Assembly (NCBI GenBank): GCA_040386535.1
Contig: JAZKFH010000042.1
Location: forward strand, 195,935-259,934
Length of the DNA: 64,000 nucleotides
Direction: 5' to 3'
DNA from: Myxococcota bacterium
Lineage (GTDB): Bacteria; Myxococcota_A; UBA796; SXON01
Shown: piece after piece, positions 50,555 to 60,156 of the stretch
How positions within the stretch are numbered: position 1 is the stretch's first letter
Layout: every line of letters begins with the position of its first letter
Program-made: the position numbers and the translations under genes
Notes under the pieces: generated by a model
The model's database searches: none
What the model saw: only the letters and a program-made list of their open reading frames with translations
Told to the model about the DNA's origin: nothing

Positions 50555-53500
50555 TCAGGACAGCTCCTTCCACACCCGCTGCATCGCCTCCGCGTCGAGC
50601 GGCATCACGGTCACGCCGCGCGGGAGATCCCCGATCCGCTCCGAGAGCGGGACGAAGCCCTCCTGGATCTTGTCGCGGAGGAACGCGGAATACACCTCGT
50701 CGGGGTCCCCCCGGTACGGGTACACGTGGCGGTCCACGATGCGCGTGCCGTAGGGGCGGCCGAACACCGCCTCTTTCCGGTCGAAGAAGCAGGCGTATCC
50801 CTTGAGGAGGAAGTCGAAGTCGACCGAGCCCGTGACCGAGCGCGACGCCTGCACTTCGGGCCCGCCCAGGATGCGCCCGCTCGACGACACGCTCGGCGCG
50901 TCGCTCGTGGGCTCGTCGAACGAGAAGGTCGCTTCCGAGGGGACCGGCGGCGCGCCGTCGGTGTCGGCCGGCGGAGCGGGTGCGAGCTCGCCCACGAAGG
51001 GATCGAAGCCCTCGAGCCCATCGAAGGCATCGCGGGGGCGGGCCGGTGGAGACGCCGCGAACGGGTCCCCTCCCATGGCGGGCCCGGGGGAAGCGGGCCC
51101 GGAGGACGCCGGTGCGCGCGCGGCCGCCGCGAACGGGTCGCTGTCCGAGGCGGCGAACGGGTCCGAGGGCGCGATGCTCGCCGCGGCCGCGGGGGTCACG
51201 TACGCGGGCCACCGCGCGGCCGACGCGGGCGTGGAGGGGTCGCGGAGCTCGTCCGGCACGGGGAAGTCGTCGGTGATCGAGAAGGTCACGAAGGGGTCGG
51301 CCTGCACGTCGGCGAGGCGGGGCGGCACCGGCCGGGTGCTCGCGGCGGGGTCGACCGGCGCCGGCACCGCGTCGGGCGGGGGGCCCCACTCCTGGGTCTC
51401 CTCGTCGTCGTCCTCGACCTCCATCTCGAACGACGCGACGTCGGGCGCGATCCGCGGCGCCGTCACGGGCCGCTCGACGTGCCGGACCGCCGCCGCCTCC
51501 GCGCCGGGCAGATAGAAGCCCGAGAAGGCGGAAGCGTCTTCGAGAGAGGCCGCCGCGTCCCCCTCCTCGTCGAACTCGAAGCCAGGCTGGGCGGCAGGGG
51601 GGGGCGGCGGCGCGTCGAACGAGTGCTCCTCCAGGTCGAGGACCGGCACCTCCTCCGAGAACTCCTCGGACTCCGCCATCTCCCACCCCTGGGACTCCTC
51701 GCCGACGAAGCGTTCGGTGGGCTCCGCCACGTCCTGCACCGGCGCGGCGAACGCCTCCACCGGGGCCGGCGTGGCGCTCGCCACGGAGGAGGCCTCGGTG
51801 CGCTCCCCGTCCCGGTCGAGCAGCTCGCGCCACTCCCCGGCGGACAACGCGAGGGCCTCGAAGCCGCCGGCCACGCCGGGGATGCGCACGACGGCGAGCA
51901 CGACGTCGTCGAACTCGAAGACGCGGAGCACGTCCAGGCTGTGGAGCACGCGCGAGTCGCCGGCGGGCGGGCCGTCCACCTTGGTCGCGAGGCCGCGGCG
52001 CACGCGGGCCTCTTGCAGCGCGGTCTCCGCGGGCGCGTCGATGGCGAACCCGTCTCCGCACAACCAGCCCCCGACCTGCCGGAGCCGCACCACCGACTCC
52101 TCGTTCGCGACGCGCGCGGGCGAGCGCGCCACCGCGACCCAGCGGAGCGCGGACTCGACGGCGGGGCCGGCGAGGCGCGTCACGGCGCCGTCGGTGCCGC
52201 CCACGAGGGCCCCGTGCGAGAGCGCCACCGCGACCCCCTCGAGGCGGCGGCGCGCGAGGAGGGCGAAGCGCAGCGCGTCTACCGCGTCGGGGAAGGCGGC
52301 GATGCCGGCCACGCCGAGGTCCGACACGATTCCCCCCTCGACCGTGCGCACGAGCTCGGCCCACGTGGCGTCGGTGGCGGCGGCCCGCGCGGGCTCGGCA
52401 CGCAGGCGCCCGAGCCCCACGGCCACGACCGCGCCGACGGCGGGCACGCCGCGCGGCACCACGAAGGCCCGCATCAGCGGCGCCCCGACGGCGGCCACGA
52501 GCTGGCTGAGCACGTCCCACTCCCGGAGGGCGGCGAGCACGTCCAACAACACGCTCGCGACGGCGAGGCCCCCGTCCGGCGTGAGCAGGCGCGCGGCGCG
52601 GTCCGCGTCGACCTTTGCGGCCACCAGGGCGCGGGCGTCGACGAAGCGGCCGAGGGTGGGGAGGAGCGCGACGAGCCCGTCGGGGTCGAGCAGGAGCGCG
52701 GCGGCGGCGGCGTCCGGCCCCGCGTCGAGTCGGGCGGGCGGCAGTGCGCGCAGCACCAACGACGCGTCGTCCGCCGTCATCTTGTTGGCGACGCGGCGCT
52801 CCACCACGCCCTTGACGGCGAGCCGCACCGCGACCTCGACGGCCTCGACCGTGCCCGCCGGGAGGGGCACGCCCAGCACCGCGGCGACGCGCGCCCAGGA
52901 GGGGTCCCGATCGAGCGAGCCGCGGGCGTACAACGGGAGGAGGCGGCTGCGGGTGATGGCCCAGGCGAGCGCCGGGACCCGCACGGTCGCCGATGCCTGG
53001 GCACACGCGGCCGCGAGGCGCGCCTGCACGCCCGCCGCCACACGTCCGAGGGCCTCCCCGCCGGCTTCGGGCGGGGCCTCGAAGAGCGCGGCCACGGACG
53101 GCTCCCGCATCGCCCCCCACGCGCCGCGCACGGTTTCGAGCAGCGGCACCACGGCCGCGCCCGGCGAGTGGCCGGCGCCCTCGATGACGAGGCGCGTGAG
53201 CAGCGCCACCAGGGGGTCCGTGCCCAGGCCACGGTCCGCGTCCGCGGCGCCTCGCGCCTCCGCGGCGAGCGCGGCGCCCAGCCCGGCGAGGGGCGCCTTG
53301 AGGATCTCGGCGGAGCCAGACCACACGTGCGGGCCCCGCGCGTCGAACACCACGGCAGGGAGCCCGTCGGCCAGCTCGGGCACGGCGCGGAGCGCCTCCC
53401 TCTCCACGGGATCGGGCGCGGGCCGTGCCGAGGAGGTGCGGGCGCCGCGCGGCAGGAAGCGGCTTGCCTGCAACAGGCCGGCGAGTTCGTCGAGGGTCAT
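50555..53500 (-). CDS. Large hypothetical protein with degenerate cyclase-like segment, long acidic/Pro linker and small C-terminal domain
   Basis: 981-aa high-GC3 frame; acidic disordered region around aa 570-900. Confidence 0.7.
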   Translation of the reverse strand: MTLDELAGLLQASRFLPRGARTSSARPAPDPVEREALRAVPELADGLPAVVFDARGPHVWSGSAEILKAPLAGLGAALAAEARGAADADRGLGTDPLVALLTRLVIEGAGHSPGAAVVPLLETVRGAWGAMREPSVAALFEAPPEAGGEALGRVAAGVQARLAAACAQASATVRVPALAWAITRSRLLPLYARGSLDRDPSWARVAAVLGVPLPAGTVEAVEVAVRLAVKGVVERRVANKMTADDASLVLRALPPARLDAGPDAAAAALLLDPDGLVALLPTLGRFVDARALVAAKVDADRAARLLTPDGGLAVASVLLDVLAALREWDVLSQLVAAVGAPLMRAFVVPRGVPAVGAVVAVGLGRLRAEPARAAATDATWAELVRTVEGGIVSDLGVAGIAAFPDAVDALRFALLARRRLEGVAVALSHGALVGGTDGAVTRLAGPAVESALRWVAVARSPARVANEESVVRLRQVGGWLCGDGFAIDAPAETALQEARVRRGLATKVDGPPAGDSRVLHSLDVLRVFEFDDVVLAVVRIPGVAGGFEALALSAGEWRELLDRDGERTEASSVASATPAPVEAFAAPVQDVAEPTERFVGEESQGWEMAESEEFSEEVPVLDLEEHSFDAPPPPPAAQPGFEFDEEGDAAASLEDASAFSGFYLPGAEAAAVRHVERPVTAPRIAPDVASFEMEVEDDDEETQEWGPPPDAVPAPVDPAASTRPVPPRLADVQADPFVTFSITDDFPVPDELRDPSTPASAARWPAYVTPAAAASIAPSDPFAASDSDPFAAAARAPASSGPASPGPAMGGDPFAASPPARPRDAFDGLEGFDPFVGELAPAPPADTDGAPPVPSEATFSFDEPTSDAPSVSSSGRILGGPEVQASRSVTGSVDFDFLLKGYACFFDRKEAVFGRPYGTRIVDRHVYPYRGDPDEVYSAFLRDKIQEGFVPLSERIGDLPRGVTVMPLDAEAMQRVWKELS

Positions 53501-53518
53501 GGACCGGGCATCCTCGCG

Positions 53519-54502
53519 CTACATGCTACCAGTCCCGGTAACCGCGGCGCGGAGTCGCGCGGCCTCCTCGGGCGGGAGGTCATCGGGAAGCAAGAGGAAT
53601 GGAAGCGTGGAGGGGAGGTCGACCGGGCGGTCCTCCACGACGCGACCGTCCCGAAGGTGGAGAGCGCGAGCGTCCGCCGCGACGTCGTTGGCGGTCTGGG
53701 GCAGGTCGAGCGGCGGTGCGGGCGCGCGGCCCGTGTGGCGCAAGGCGCCCCGGATGTGCTGGTCCTGCTTCACCGTGCGGCCGCCGGCCCAGGTCGTGGT
53801 GACCGTGCGCGACCAGTCGAACGTGTGCGTGAGGAGCCGCGTGTCGCCCTCTCCCAGGCCCACCTCGCCGCTCGCGGTCCCGGTCAGCGACACGTACCCG
53901 TCGTGCCCGGCGAGGGGCCCGGCGTAGCGCCACTTGCCCTTGCCCAGGCTCTCCCACGACCCTTCGAGCCGCGTCCGCAGCTTCGGGCCGCCCTCGACCC
54001 ACGTGGGCCAGGACGTGAGGAAGGGCGCGGCGGCCTCGGCGCGCGATCCCGGCAGGTGCGGGGAGAGCACGGGCCACAACACGTCGAGCGCCTCGAGGTG
54101 GTCGCCGCCGCCGGTCCAGGCGGATGCCCCGGTCACCGCGAGGAGCTGCCCGTCCGGAAACGCGCGGAGCTCGACGTGGGCGCCGTCCGCGGGGGCACGG
54201 ACGGGCACCGGCGCGCCCTCCCCCCGCGCGACCGTGGCCGACGTGTCCACGAGGCGCACCAGGTGGCCCATCGAGCCGTCCCGGAAGGTGCGCGCGTAGG
54301 ACCAGGTGACCGTGCCCTCCACGTGCCAGCGGAAGGGCGGGAGCTCGACGCCCTCGGTCCGCACGTCCATGTCGAGGACGAGCGCGTACACGTCCGCCTC
54401 GAGCTCGTCCCGGCGGGACAAGGACTCCTTCGGCAGGCAGCCGACCAGCAACAAACCGACCGCGAGCACACCGAGCGAGCGGCCACCCAGGAAGGCCGTC
54501 AC
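53519..54502 (-). CDS. Hypothetical lipoprotein
   Basis: GTGA overlap with the Crp/Fnr stop and lipobox 'LLVGC'. Confidence 0.7.
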   Translation of the reverse strand: MTAFLGGRSLGVLAVGLLLVGCLPKESLSRRDELEADVYALVLDMDVRTEGVELPPFRWHVEGTVTWSYARTFRDGSMGHLVRLVDTSATVARGEGAPVPVRAPADGAHVELRAFPDGQLLAVTGASAWTGGGDHLEALDVLWPVLSPHLPGSRAEAAAPFLTSWPTWVEGGPKLRTRLEGSWESLGKGKWRYAGPLAGHDGYVSLTGTASGEVGLGEGDTRLLTHTFDWSRTVTTTWAGGRTVKQDQHIRGALRHTGRAPAPPLDLPQTANDVAADARALHLRDGRVVEDRPVDLPSTLPFLLLPDDLPPEEAARLRAAVTGTGSM

Positions 54503-55230
54503 GCGTCCCGCAGGGCCTTCAGACCGGGCTCGTCGATGAGGATGACGCGCTTGCCCTCGGTCTGGATGAGGTTGTCCTTGCGGAGATCGAGGATGGCGAA
54601 GCTCACGGTTTCCCGGGTGGCGCCGATCAGGCTCGCGATCTCCTTGTGGGTCAGCTTCAGGTTGATGATGACCCCGCGGCTGTCCCGAACGCCGAAGGTC
54701 TGCGCGAGCTCGATGAACAGGCTCGCGAGGCGCGCGTGGGCGCTGCGGAACAGCAGGTTCTCGACCCGGTTCTCGAGCCGTTGGCGCCGCTCGCCCACCA
54801 ACCGCATCATCCGCATGGCCAGCATGGGGGTGCGCATGAGCAGGCGGTTGAAGTCGTCCTTGCCGATGCCGAGGAGCAGACAATCTTCGTAGGCCTCCGC
54901 CACGGTATCGTGGGGCTGCTCGCTGATGACGGCAAGCTCGCCGAAGAGGTTGTCGCGCGTGAAGAAGTGGAGGGTGAGCTCGCGGCCCTCATCCGAGACC
55001 TTGGACAGCTTCACGATGCCGGTACGCACGAGGTAGATCGTGGCGGCGGGGGTTCCCGGCTCCCAGATGAGCTGGCGCCGCCGCACCTCGATGTTCTCGG
55101 ACATCTGGTCGAGCGCTTCCAGCTCCCGCTCGGGCAGCTCCGTCAGCAGTGGGTTCTGTCGGATGAACCACGCTTTGGTCTTCAGCATCTGCGGTGGCCT
55201 CGGCCGCGAGGGTTCGGCGAATGTCTCCAC
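54499..55230 (-). CDS. Crp/Fnr family transcriptional regulator (start could be ATG 55188)
   Basis: cNMP-binding 'G.VKL...GRE..L.....FGE' and HTH 'LTHKEIASLIGATRETVS'. Confidence 0.93.
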   Translation of the reverse strand: METFAEPSRPRPPQMLKTKAWFIRQNPLLTELPERELEALDQMSENIEVRRRQLIWEPGTPAATIYLVRTGIVKLSKVSDEGRELTLHFFTRDNLFGELAVISEQPHDTVAEAYEDCLLLGIGKDDFNRLLMRTPMLAMRMMRLVGERRQRLENRVENLLFRSAHARLASLFIELAQTFGVRDSRGVIINLKLTHKEIASLIGATRETVSFAILDLRKDNLIQTEGKRVILIDEPGLKALRDA

Positions 55231-55247
55231 GTAGCACGGTAGGCCTC

Positions 55248-55868
55248 TTGTCGAGTCGCAGCCGGCCTCGCGCCTCCCCTTCCGGAGGGCCCTCCGGAGG
55301 CCCGTCGAGAGGCCCCGCGGGGCCCTCCGCCCCCCGGCCGGGCGTACCCGCGGTCCGGGCGATCATCCTCTGCGCCGGAGCGTCCTCCCGCATGGGACGC
55401 CCGAAGGGCCTGCTCCCGGTCGACGGCGTGCCCCTGCTCCGCGCCCACGTCGACACCTTCCGCGCCGCCGGGCTCCCCGTCACCGTGGTCCTCGGCAACG
55501 CGGCCCGCGCCCACATCCAGGCGCTCCCCGCCGGCGTCGGCGTGGTCCTGAACCTGCTCTGGGCGAGCACGGACATGGCCGAATCGGCCTCGCTCGCCCT
55601 CCACGGCGCCGGCGACGTGTTGATCACCCCCGTCGACACGCCGCCCCCGCGGCCCGACACCCTCGCCCGCCTCCTCGCGACCCCCGCCCCGGCCGTCCCC
55701 ACCTGGAACGACCAGCCCGGCCACCCCATCCGCCTCGCCGCGCCCCACCCGCGCACGCGGCTGGAGGCCCGCCTCGTGGGCGCGACCCGCGTGCCTGTCG
55801 ACGATCCCGACTGCGTGCGGAACCTGAACCGGCCCGAGGAGTGGGCGGCGTGGCTGGCGAGCCGCTGA
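55248..55868 (+). CDS. MocA/MobA-like nucleotidyltransferase; start uncertain
   Basis: 'AIILCAGASSRMGRPKGLL', 'PVDTP', 'GHP', 'NLNRPEEW'. Confidence 0.8.
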   Translation: MSSRSRPRASPSGGPSGGPSRGPAGPSAPRPGVPAVRAIILCAGASSRMGRPKGLLPVDGVPLLRAHVDTFRAAGLPVTVVLGNAARAHIQALPAGVGVVLNLLWASTDMAESASLALHGAGDVLITPVDTPPPRPDTLARLLATPAPAVPTWNDQPGHPIRLAAPHPRTRLEARLVGATRVPVDDPDCVRNLNRPEEWAAWLASR

Positions 55869-55895
55869 CGGGGCCGCTCTCCGGAGGACGCCACC

Positions 55896-55939
55896 GGGGC
55901 CGCTCATGGGGCCGCTCATGGGGCCGCTCATGGGGCCGC
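55896..55939. repeat. 12-bp tandem repeat (ggggccgctcat) x3.7
   Basis: Read directly from the sequence. Confidence 0.9.
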
Positions 55940-55953
55940 AGCGGGCCTGCGCC

Positions 55954-55998
55954 AAAAAGAGAAACACCCACGAATACCGCTGACATGCGTATCGTGGG
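55954..55998 (-). terminator. Intrinsic terminator-like hairpin + U-rich tract
   Basis: Minus strand cccacgatacgc-atgtca-gcggtattcgtggg followed by tgtttctcttttt. Confidence 0.6.
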
Positions 55999-56008
55999 GG
56001 TCGAGATC

Positions 56009-56037
56009 ATTGTACCCGGCCTCCGCGGGACCCGCAA
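56009..56037 (-). promoter_or_regulatory. Putative sigma70 promoter
   Basis: Minus strand TTGCGG-N17-TACAAT. Confidence 0.55.
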
Positions 56038-56093
56038 GCGGTTTGTCCCGGGGCGCGCGCGCACTGGCTGATTGGCAGCCGAGAAGCCCGGCT

Positions 56094-57053
56094 TCAGCCC
56101 TGCGCCGCCCGTTGCAGCACGACCAGGGCCCGGCGCTCGTCCGGGTCCGTCAGCCACGCCGACAACCCGAGCCCGACGCCCTCCACCCGCTCCCGCAGGG
56201 CCGAACGTGTCCACGTGCCGACGCGCCCCGTCACCCAGGGGCGGTCCGGATCGAGCGTGATCACCCCCTCGGTCCCCGGTAGTGTCACCGTGCCGTCCTC
56301 CATCGGCCGCAGCCGCGTCTCCACCCGCCGCCGCGCGGCGTCCCACACCGCCTCGAACGAGAACCGCGCGGGGTCGAGCTCCGCGCCGAAGCGCTCGTTG
56401 ATGACGCGCAGGACGTTGCGATGGAAGGCTGCCGCCATCCCCTCGGAGTCGTCACACGCGCGCAGGAGCGCGGCCGGGTCCTGGCCGAGGTCGACCCCGA
56501 ACACGAGCGCGTCGTCGGGCTCCAGGCGCGCCGCCAGCCGCCGCAGCAGGGAGAGGAGCGTGGGCGCGTCGAGCCCGTCGGGGCCCACCGCCGACAGGAG
56601 GAGCAACCGCGCGCCACCCTGCCCGAGGGGCCAGGTGGGGCCGAAGCAGTCGCCGAGCTCGCCGCGCACCTCGAGGCGGGGGAAGTCGGCGGCGAGACGT
56701 CGGACCGAGGCCACGAGGCGCTCGGGATCGAGGTCGAGCAGCGCGCACCGCGCACCAGGCTGCCCGCCGAGCAGGGCGCCCGCGAGCGCGCGCACGTGCC
56801 GGCTCGCCGCGGGCACGAGATCGGCAAGCTCGCGGGGCTCGAACAGCCCGACGAGCATGGGCGCGTGCTCCGTGTAGAGCTCCCGCTCGACACGCGCGGG
56901 GTAGTGGTCCACCAGGCCCGTCCGCACGCGGTGGAGATCGGCGCCGCGCGGATCCCAGAACCACCGCGGGGGGATCCAGGGGGTGGGGCTGCTGAGCGCC
57001 CGGTGGAGCGCCGCCGCGGCGTCGGGCCCGGGGTACTGCGAACGTCCGGTCAT
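56094..57053 (-). CDS. Divergent EgtD-like (histidine N-alpha-methyltransferase family) protein
   Basis: 'IPPRWFWD.RG', 'YP.R.E', 'GVDL......ACDD.EG..AAF..NVL..IN' match EgtD. SAM-binding motif is atypical. Confidence 0.8.
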   Translation of the reverse strand: MTGRSQYPGPDAAAALHRALSSPTPWIPPRWFWDPRGADLHRVRTGLVDHYPARVERELYTEHAPMLVGLFEPRELADLVPAASRHVRALAGALLGGQPGARCALLDLDPERLVASVRRLAADFPRLEVRGELGDCFGPTWPLGQGGARLLLLSAVGPDGLDAPTLLSLLRRLAARLEPDDALVFGVDLGQDPAALLRACDDSEGMAAAFHRNVLRVINERFGAELDPARFSFEAVWDAARRRVETRLRPMEDGTVTLPGTEGVITLDPDRPWVTGRVGTWTRSALRERVEGVGLGLSAWLTDPDERRALVVLQRAAQG

Positions 57054-57128
57054 GCCCCAGAGATAGGGGCGCCACGCGCGGCGGAAACCCCACGCGCGCA
57101 CGGTCGGGTCACCCTTCGCGCATTCGTG

Positions 57129-57695
57129 TCATCTCGTGAGCGCGCGGATCGCCGCCCGCGGATCGGGCGCGCGCCAGATCGCGCCGATCACCGCCCACCC
57201 GTGGGCGCCGGCCGCCCGCACGGCCTCGAGCGTGTCCGCGGTGATCCCGCCGATGGCCACCACCGGCACCGGGGAGGCCCGCACGGCCTCGGCGAGCTGG
57301 TCGATCCCACGCGCGGACCAGGGCGTGGCCTTCGACGCGGTGCCGAACACCGGCCCGAACCCGATATACGCGGCCCCGCCCGGCGCCGCGGCCTGCGCGG
57401 CCGTGTGGGTCGACCGGCCGAACGCGATGGCGGGATCGGCGCCGTCGTCCTGCCCGACATGCACGGCGAGGCCGGCCGCCGCCGCCACGGCCACGTCGTC
57501 GTTGACCACCACCACGATGGGGAGCGCCCGGCACGCCTCGGCGAGCGCGAGCAGCCGCGCGGAGGGCCACCCCTTGCACCGCAGCTGGACCACCGCGGCG
57601 CCCTCGTCGCAGAGGATCCGCGCCTGGTCGAGCGGATCGCCGAGCGTGGGCTCGACGATGCCGTAGAGGCCCGGCGGCAGCACGAACGGGCTCAT
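57129..57695 (-). CDS. thiE: Thiamine-phosphate synthase
   Basis: 'VVQLRCK', 'VNDD', 'VHVGQDD', 'GRSTH', 'GPVFGTASK', 'VAIGGI'. Confidence 0.9.
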   Translation of the reverse strand: MSPFVLPPGLYGIVEPTLGDPLDQARILCDEGAAVVQLRCKGWPSARLLALAEACRALPIVVVVNDDVAVAAAAGLAVHVGQDDGADPAIAFGRSTHTAAQAAAPGGAAYIGFGPVFGTASKATPWSARGIDQLAEAVRASPVPVVAIGGITADTLEAVRAAGAHGWAVIGAIWRAPDPRAAIRALTR

Positions 57696-58393
57696 CCCGC
57701 CTCGATCTCGAGCAGCACGACGGTGCGCTCCGTGCGGTTCTCCAGGTCGAACAGCGTCGGCACGACGTAGGTGCCCACCGGCCGCACGCCGACGCGAGGC
57801 GCAAACGCTCGCCCGGGCTCGGCCATCAGCACCCGTCGCGTGCGCGCGAGCCCGTGGAGCCACGCCAGGAGCCGCTCGGAGAGGGCGCGCTCGTAGCAGA
57901 GGTCGCCGACGATCACGAGCTCCGCGTCCACGTCAGTATCGAGGAGGTCGGTGTCGAGGAGGTCGGCGCACACGCCCTGGATGACCACGCCGTTCTCGGC
58001 GGCGTTCAGGTGCGCCGCTACGATCGCCATGGGATCGACATCGTTGGCGACCGCGCGCGCCCCGGCCCGCGCCGCCGCGATGGCCGCGAGCCCGCCCCCG
58101 GTCCCCACGTCGAGCACGCGCCGCCCCGCGATCTGCGCCGGGTTGTCCAGGATCCAGCGCGCCATCCCCTGGCTGCCCGGCCACGCGAAGGCCCAGAACG
58201 GCGGTTCGAGGCCCTTCTTCCCGAGGGTGTCCTCCGTGGCCTGCCACAGCGGCGTCAGCTCGTCCGCCAGGAACAGCCGCAGCTCCGGCACCAGCGGGGG
58301 CGTCTGGATGCGGGTGTGTTGCCGGATGAAGCCGGCGGGGTCCGGGAGGGCCACAGGGTCGATGCCGTCGACCGACTTGCCGTCACCCGACAC
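57692..58393 (-). CDS. Class I SAM-dependent (protein-lysine-type) methyltransferase
   Basis: 'PPFWAFAWPG', 'VLDVGTGGG', 'NDVDP', 'GDLCYE'. Confidence 0.88.
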   Translation of the reverse strand: MSGDGKSVDGIDPVALPDPAGFIRQHTRIQTPPLVPELRLFLADELTPLWQATEDTLGKKGLEPPFWAFAWPGSQGMARWILDNPAQIAGRRVLDVGTGGGLAAIAAARAGARAVANDVDPMAIVAAHLNAAENGVVIQGVCADLLDTDLLDTDVDAELVIVGDLCYERALSERLLAWLHGLARTRRVLMAEPGRAFAPRVGVRPVGTYVVPTLFDLENRTERTVVLLEIEAG

Positions 58394-58397
58394 GCCG

Positions 58398-59150
58398 TTA
58401 CCCAACACGAAAGGCTCGGACCGCGAGCGGCATCTCGATGGGGAGGATCGTGTCGTCCGGCCACACTCCGGCGAGCTGGGGTTCGAGCGCGCCGAGCACG
58501 TCCTCGCCCTGGTCGCGGAGCGCGGTGACCGCCGACCAGGTGCCGAGGTAGGCAAGCAGCTCGGCCCGCGTCCACGCCACAGTGAGGGCGAAGGGCGGCG
58601 CCGCGATCTCGGCGAACGGCACGTCGACCGTGCGGTAGCCCGCGAGGAGCAGGCGGTTGCGCGGCGACCAGTGGGGTTCCAGCGCGGGGTGGAGCACGGC
58701 GCCGAGCACCGCGTCGATGTCCGGCGCGACCGTGAAGGGCGCGTAGCCGAACGCCGCGAACACCCCGCCGGGCCGCAACGTGGCGGCGACCCGTGCCCAG
58801 AACGGCGCCCCGGCGAACCAGTGGAGCGCCTGCGCGGTCACGACGAGGTCCGCGAGCTCGCCGATGTCGAGCTCCTCGGCCGGCTGCGCGATCGTGGTCA
58901 GGCGGGGGTGCGGCGGGATCGTCGCGAGCAGCTCGGCGCTCCTGTCCGTGGCGACGACCCGTTCGAAGCGCCACGCGAGCGCCAACGCGGCCTGCCCGGC
59001 GCCGGTGGCCACGTCGACCGCGAGGTGCCGCGCGGGGGCCAACCCGGCGAGCCAGTCGAACAGCTCCTCGGGGTACGTCGGCCGGTGGCGCGCGTACGCC
59101 TGCGCGTTCTGGCCGAACGACGCGGCGTGGTCGTACGTCTGCCCGCTCAC
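58398..59150 (-). CDS. Class I SAM-dependent methyltransferase
   Basis: 'YARHRPTYP', 'DVATGAGQ', 'AQALHWF', 'YL.TWSA'. Confidence 0.9.
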   Translation of the reverse strand: MSGQTYDHAASFGQNAQAYARHRPTYPEELFDWLAGLAPARHLAVDVATGAGQAALALAWRFERVVATDRSAELLATIPPHPRLTTIAQPAEELDIGELADLVVTAQALHWFAGAPFWARVAATLRPGGVFAAFGYAPFTVAPDIDAVLGAVLHPALEPHWSPRNRLLLAGYRTVDVPFAEIAAPPFALTVAWTRAELLAYLGTWSAVTALRDQGEDVLGALEPQLAGVWPDDTILPIEMPLAVRAFRVG

Positions 59151-59896
59151 GACCGTACCACCTGGAACGGCCCGAACGCCTGGCACTCGGCCATCAGCTC
59201 GATGCGGTTGACGTTGATGTGCGCGGGCCGGGTCACCGCCCACCACACCGTGTCCGCGATGTCGTCCGGCCGGATGGCCTCGATGCCCTCGTACACCTTG
59301 GCCGCCTTCTCCGCGTCGCCCTTGAACCGCACGACAGAGAACTCTGTCTCGGCCAGGCCCGGCTCGATGTCGGTGACGCGGATGCCCTTCGCCACGAGGT
59401 CCGCGCGCAGGTTGAGCGCGAGCTGGGCCACGAACGCCTTGGTGGCGCCGTACACGTTGCCGCCCGGGTACGGGTAGCTGCCGGCCACCGATCCGATGGT
59501 GATCACGTGCCCGCCACCCGCCGCGACCATCTGCGGCAGGAACGCGCGCACCGTGTACATCAGGCCCTTCACGTTGGTGTCGACCATCGTGTCCCAGTCG
59601 TCCAGGTCGGCGCGGTCGGCCGGCCCGAGCCCGAGCGCCAGCCCCGCGTTCGCCACGAGCACGCGCACCGGCCCGAAGCCCTCGGGCAGGGCCTCCGCCG
59701 CCGCCATCATCGCGTCGCGGTCGCGCACGTCGAGCTCGAGGGGGTACACGGCGTCGCCCAGCTCGGCGCGCAGCTCGTGGAGCCGGTCGACACGCCGCCC
59801 GCACGCGACGACCCGCCACCCTTCCGCGACGAAGCGGCGGGTGATGGCCTCTCCGAACCCCGACGTAGCTCCGGTCACGAACGCGGTGGGACCCAT
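59147..59896 (-). CDS. NADP-dependent short-chain dehydrogenase (YdfG-like)
   Basis: 'VTGATSGFG', 'NAGLALG', 'YGATK', 'IEPGLAETEFS'. Confidence 0.92.
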   Translation of the reverse strand: MGPTAFVTGATSGFGEAITRRFVAEGWRVVACGRRVDRLHELRAELGDAVYPLELDVRDRDAMMAAAEALPEGFGPVRVLVANAGLALGLGPADRADLDDWDTMVDTNVKGLMYTVRAFLPQMVAAGGGHVITIGSVAGSYPYPGGNVYGATKAFVAQLALNLRADLVAKGIRVTDIEPGLAETEFSVVRFKGDAEKAAKVYEGIEAIRPDDIADTVWWAVTRPAHINVNRIELMAECQAFGPFQVVRS

Positions 59897-59956
59897 GTGC
59901 ACCTCTGGGGGGCCGGCTAACCGGTGTCGGGGGGCCGAGCGGGGCTTGTGGCGCGG

Positions 59957-60156
59957 GGGCGGCCCGGCCGCCGAGCCGGCCGTCGCCCTCCTGCGGGCGC
60001 GCGCTGGAGCCCGACCGTAGTTCTCGGACCGGGCCTTCGGTGAGGCGCATCCGCCCGCCATGCCCACGGGCGGCTGCGTTCCGGCCGAGGGCGCACCGAG
60101 GCTGGGTGGGCGGCCCGGCCGCGGAGCCGGCCGTCGCCCTCCTGCGGGCGCGCGCT
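59957..60156. repeat. 49-bp direct repeat, two copies (59957-60005, 60108-60156)
   Basis: gggcggcccggccgc(c/g)gagccggccgtcgccctcctgcgggcgcgcgct, 1 mismatch. Confidence 0.85.

Noticed and set aside
54499..55230. Naming the Crp/Fnr regulator mrpC
   Set aside because: It does not match MrpC as I recall it, and the mrpAB context is absent.
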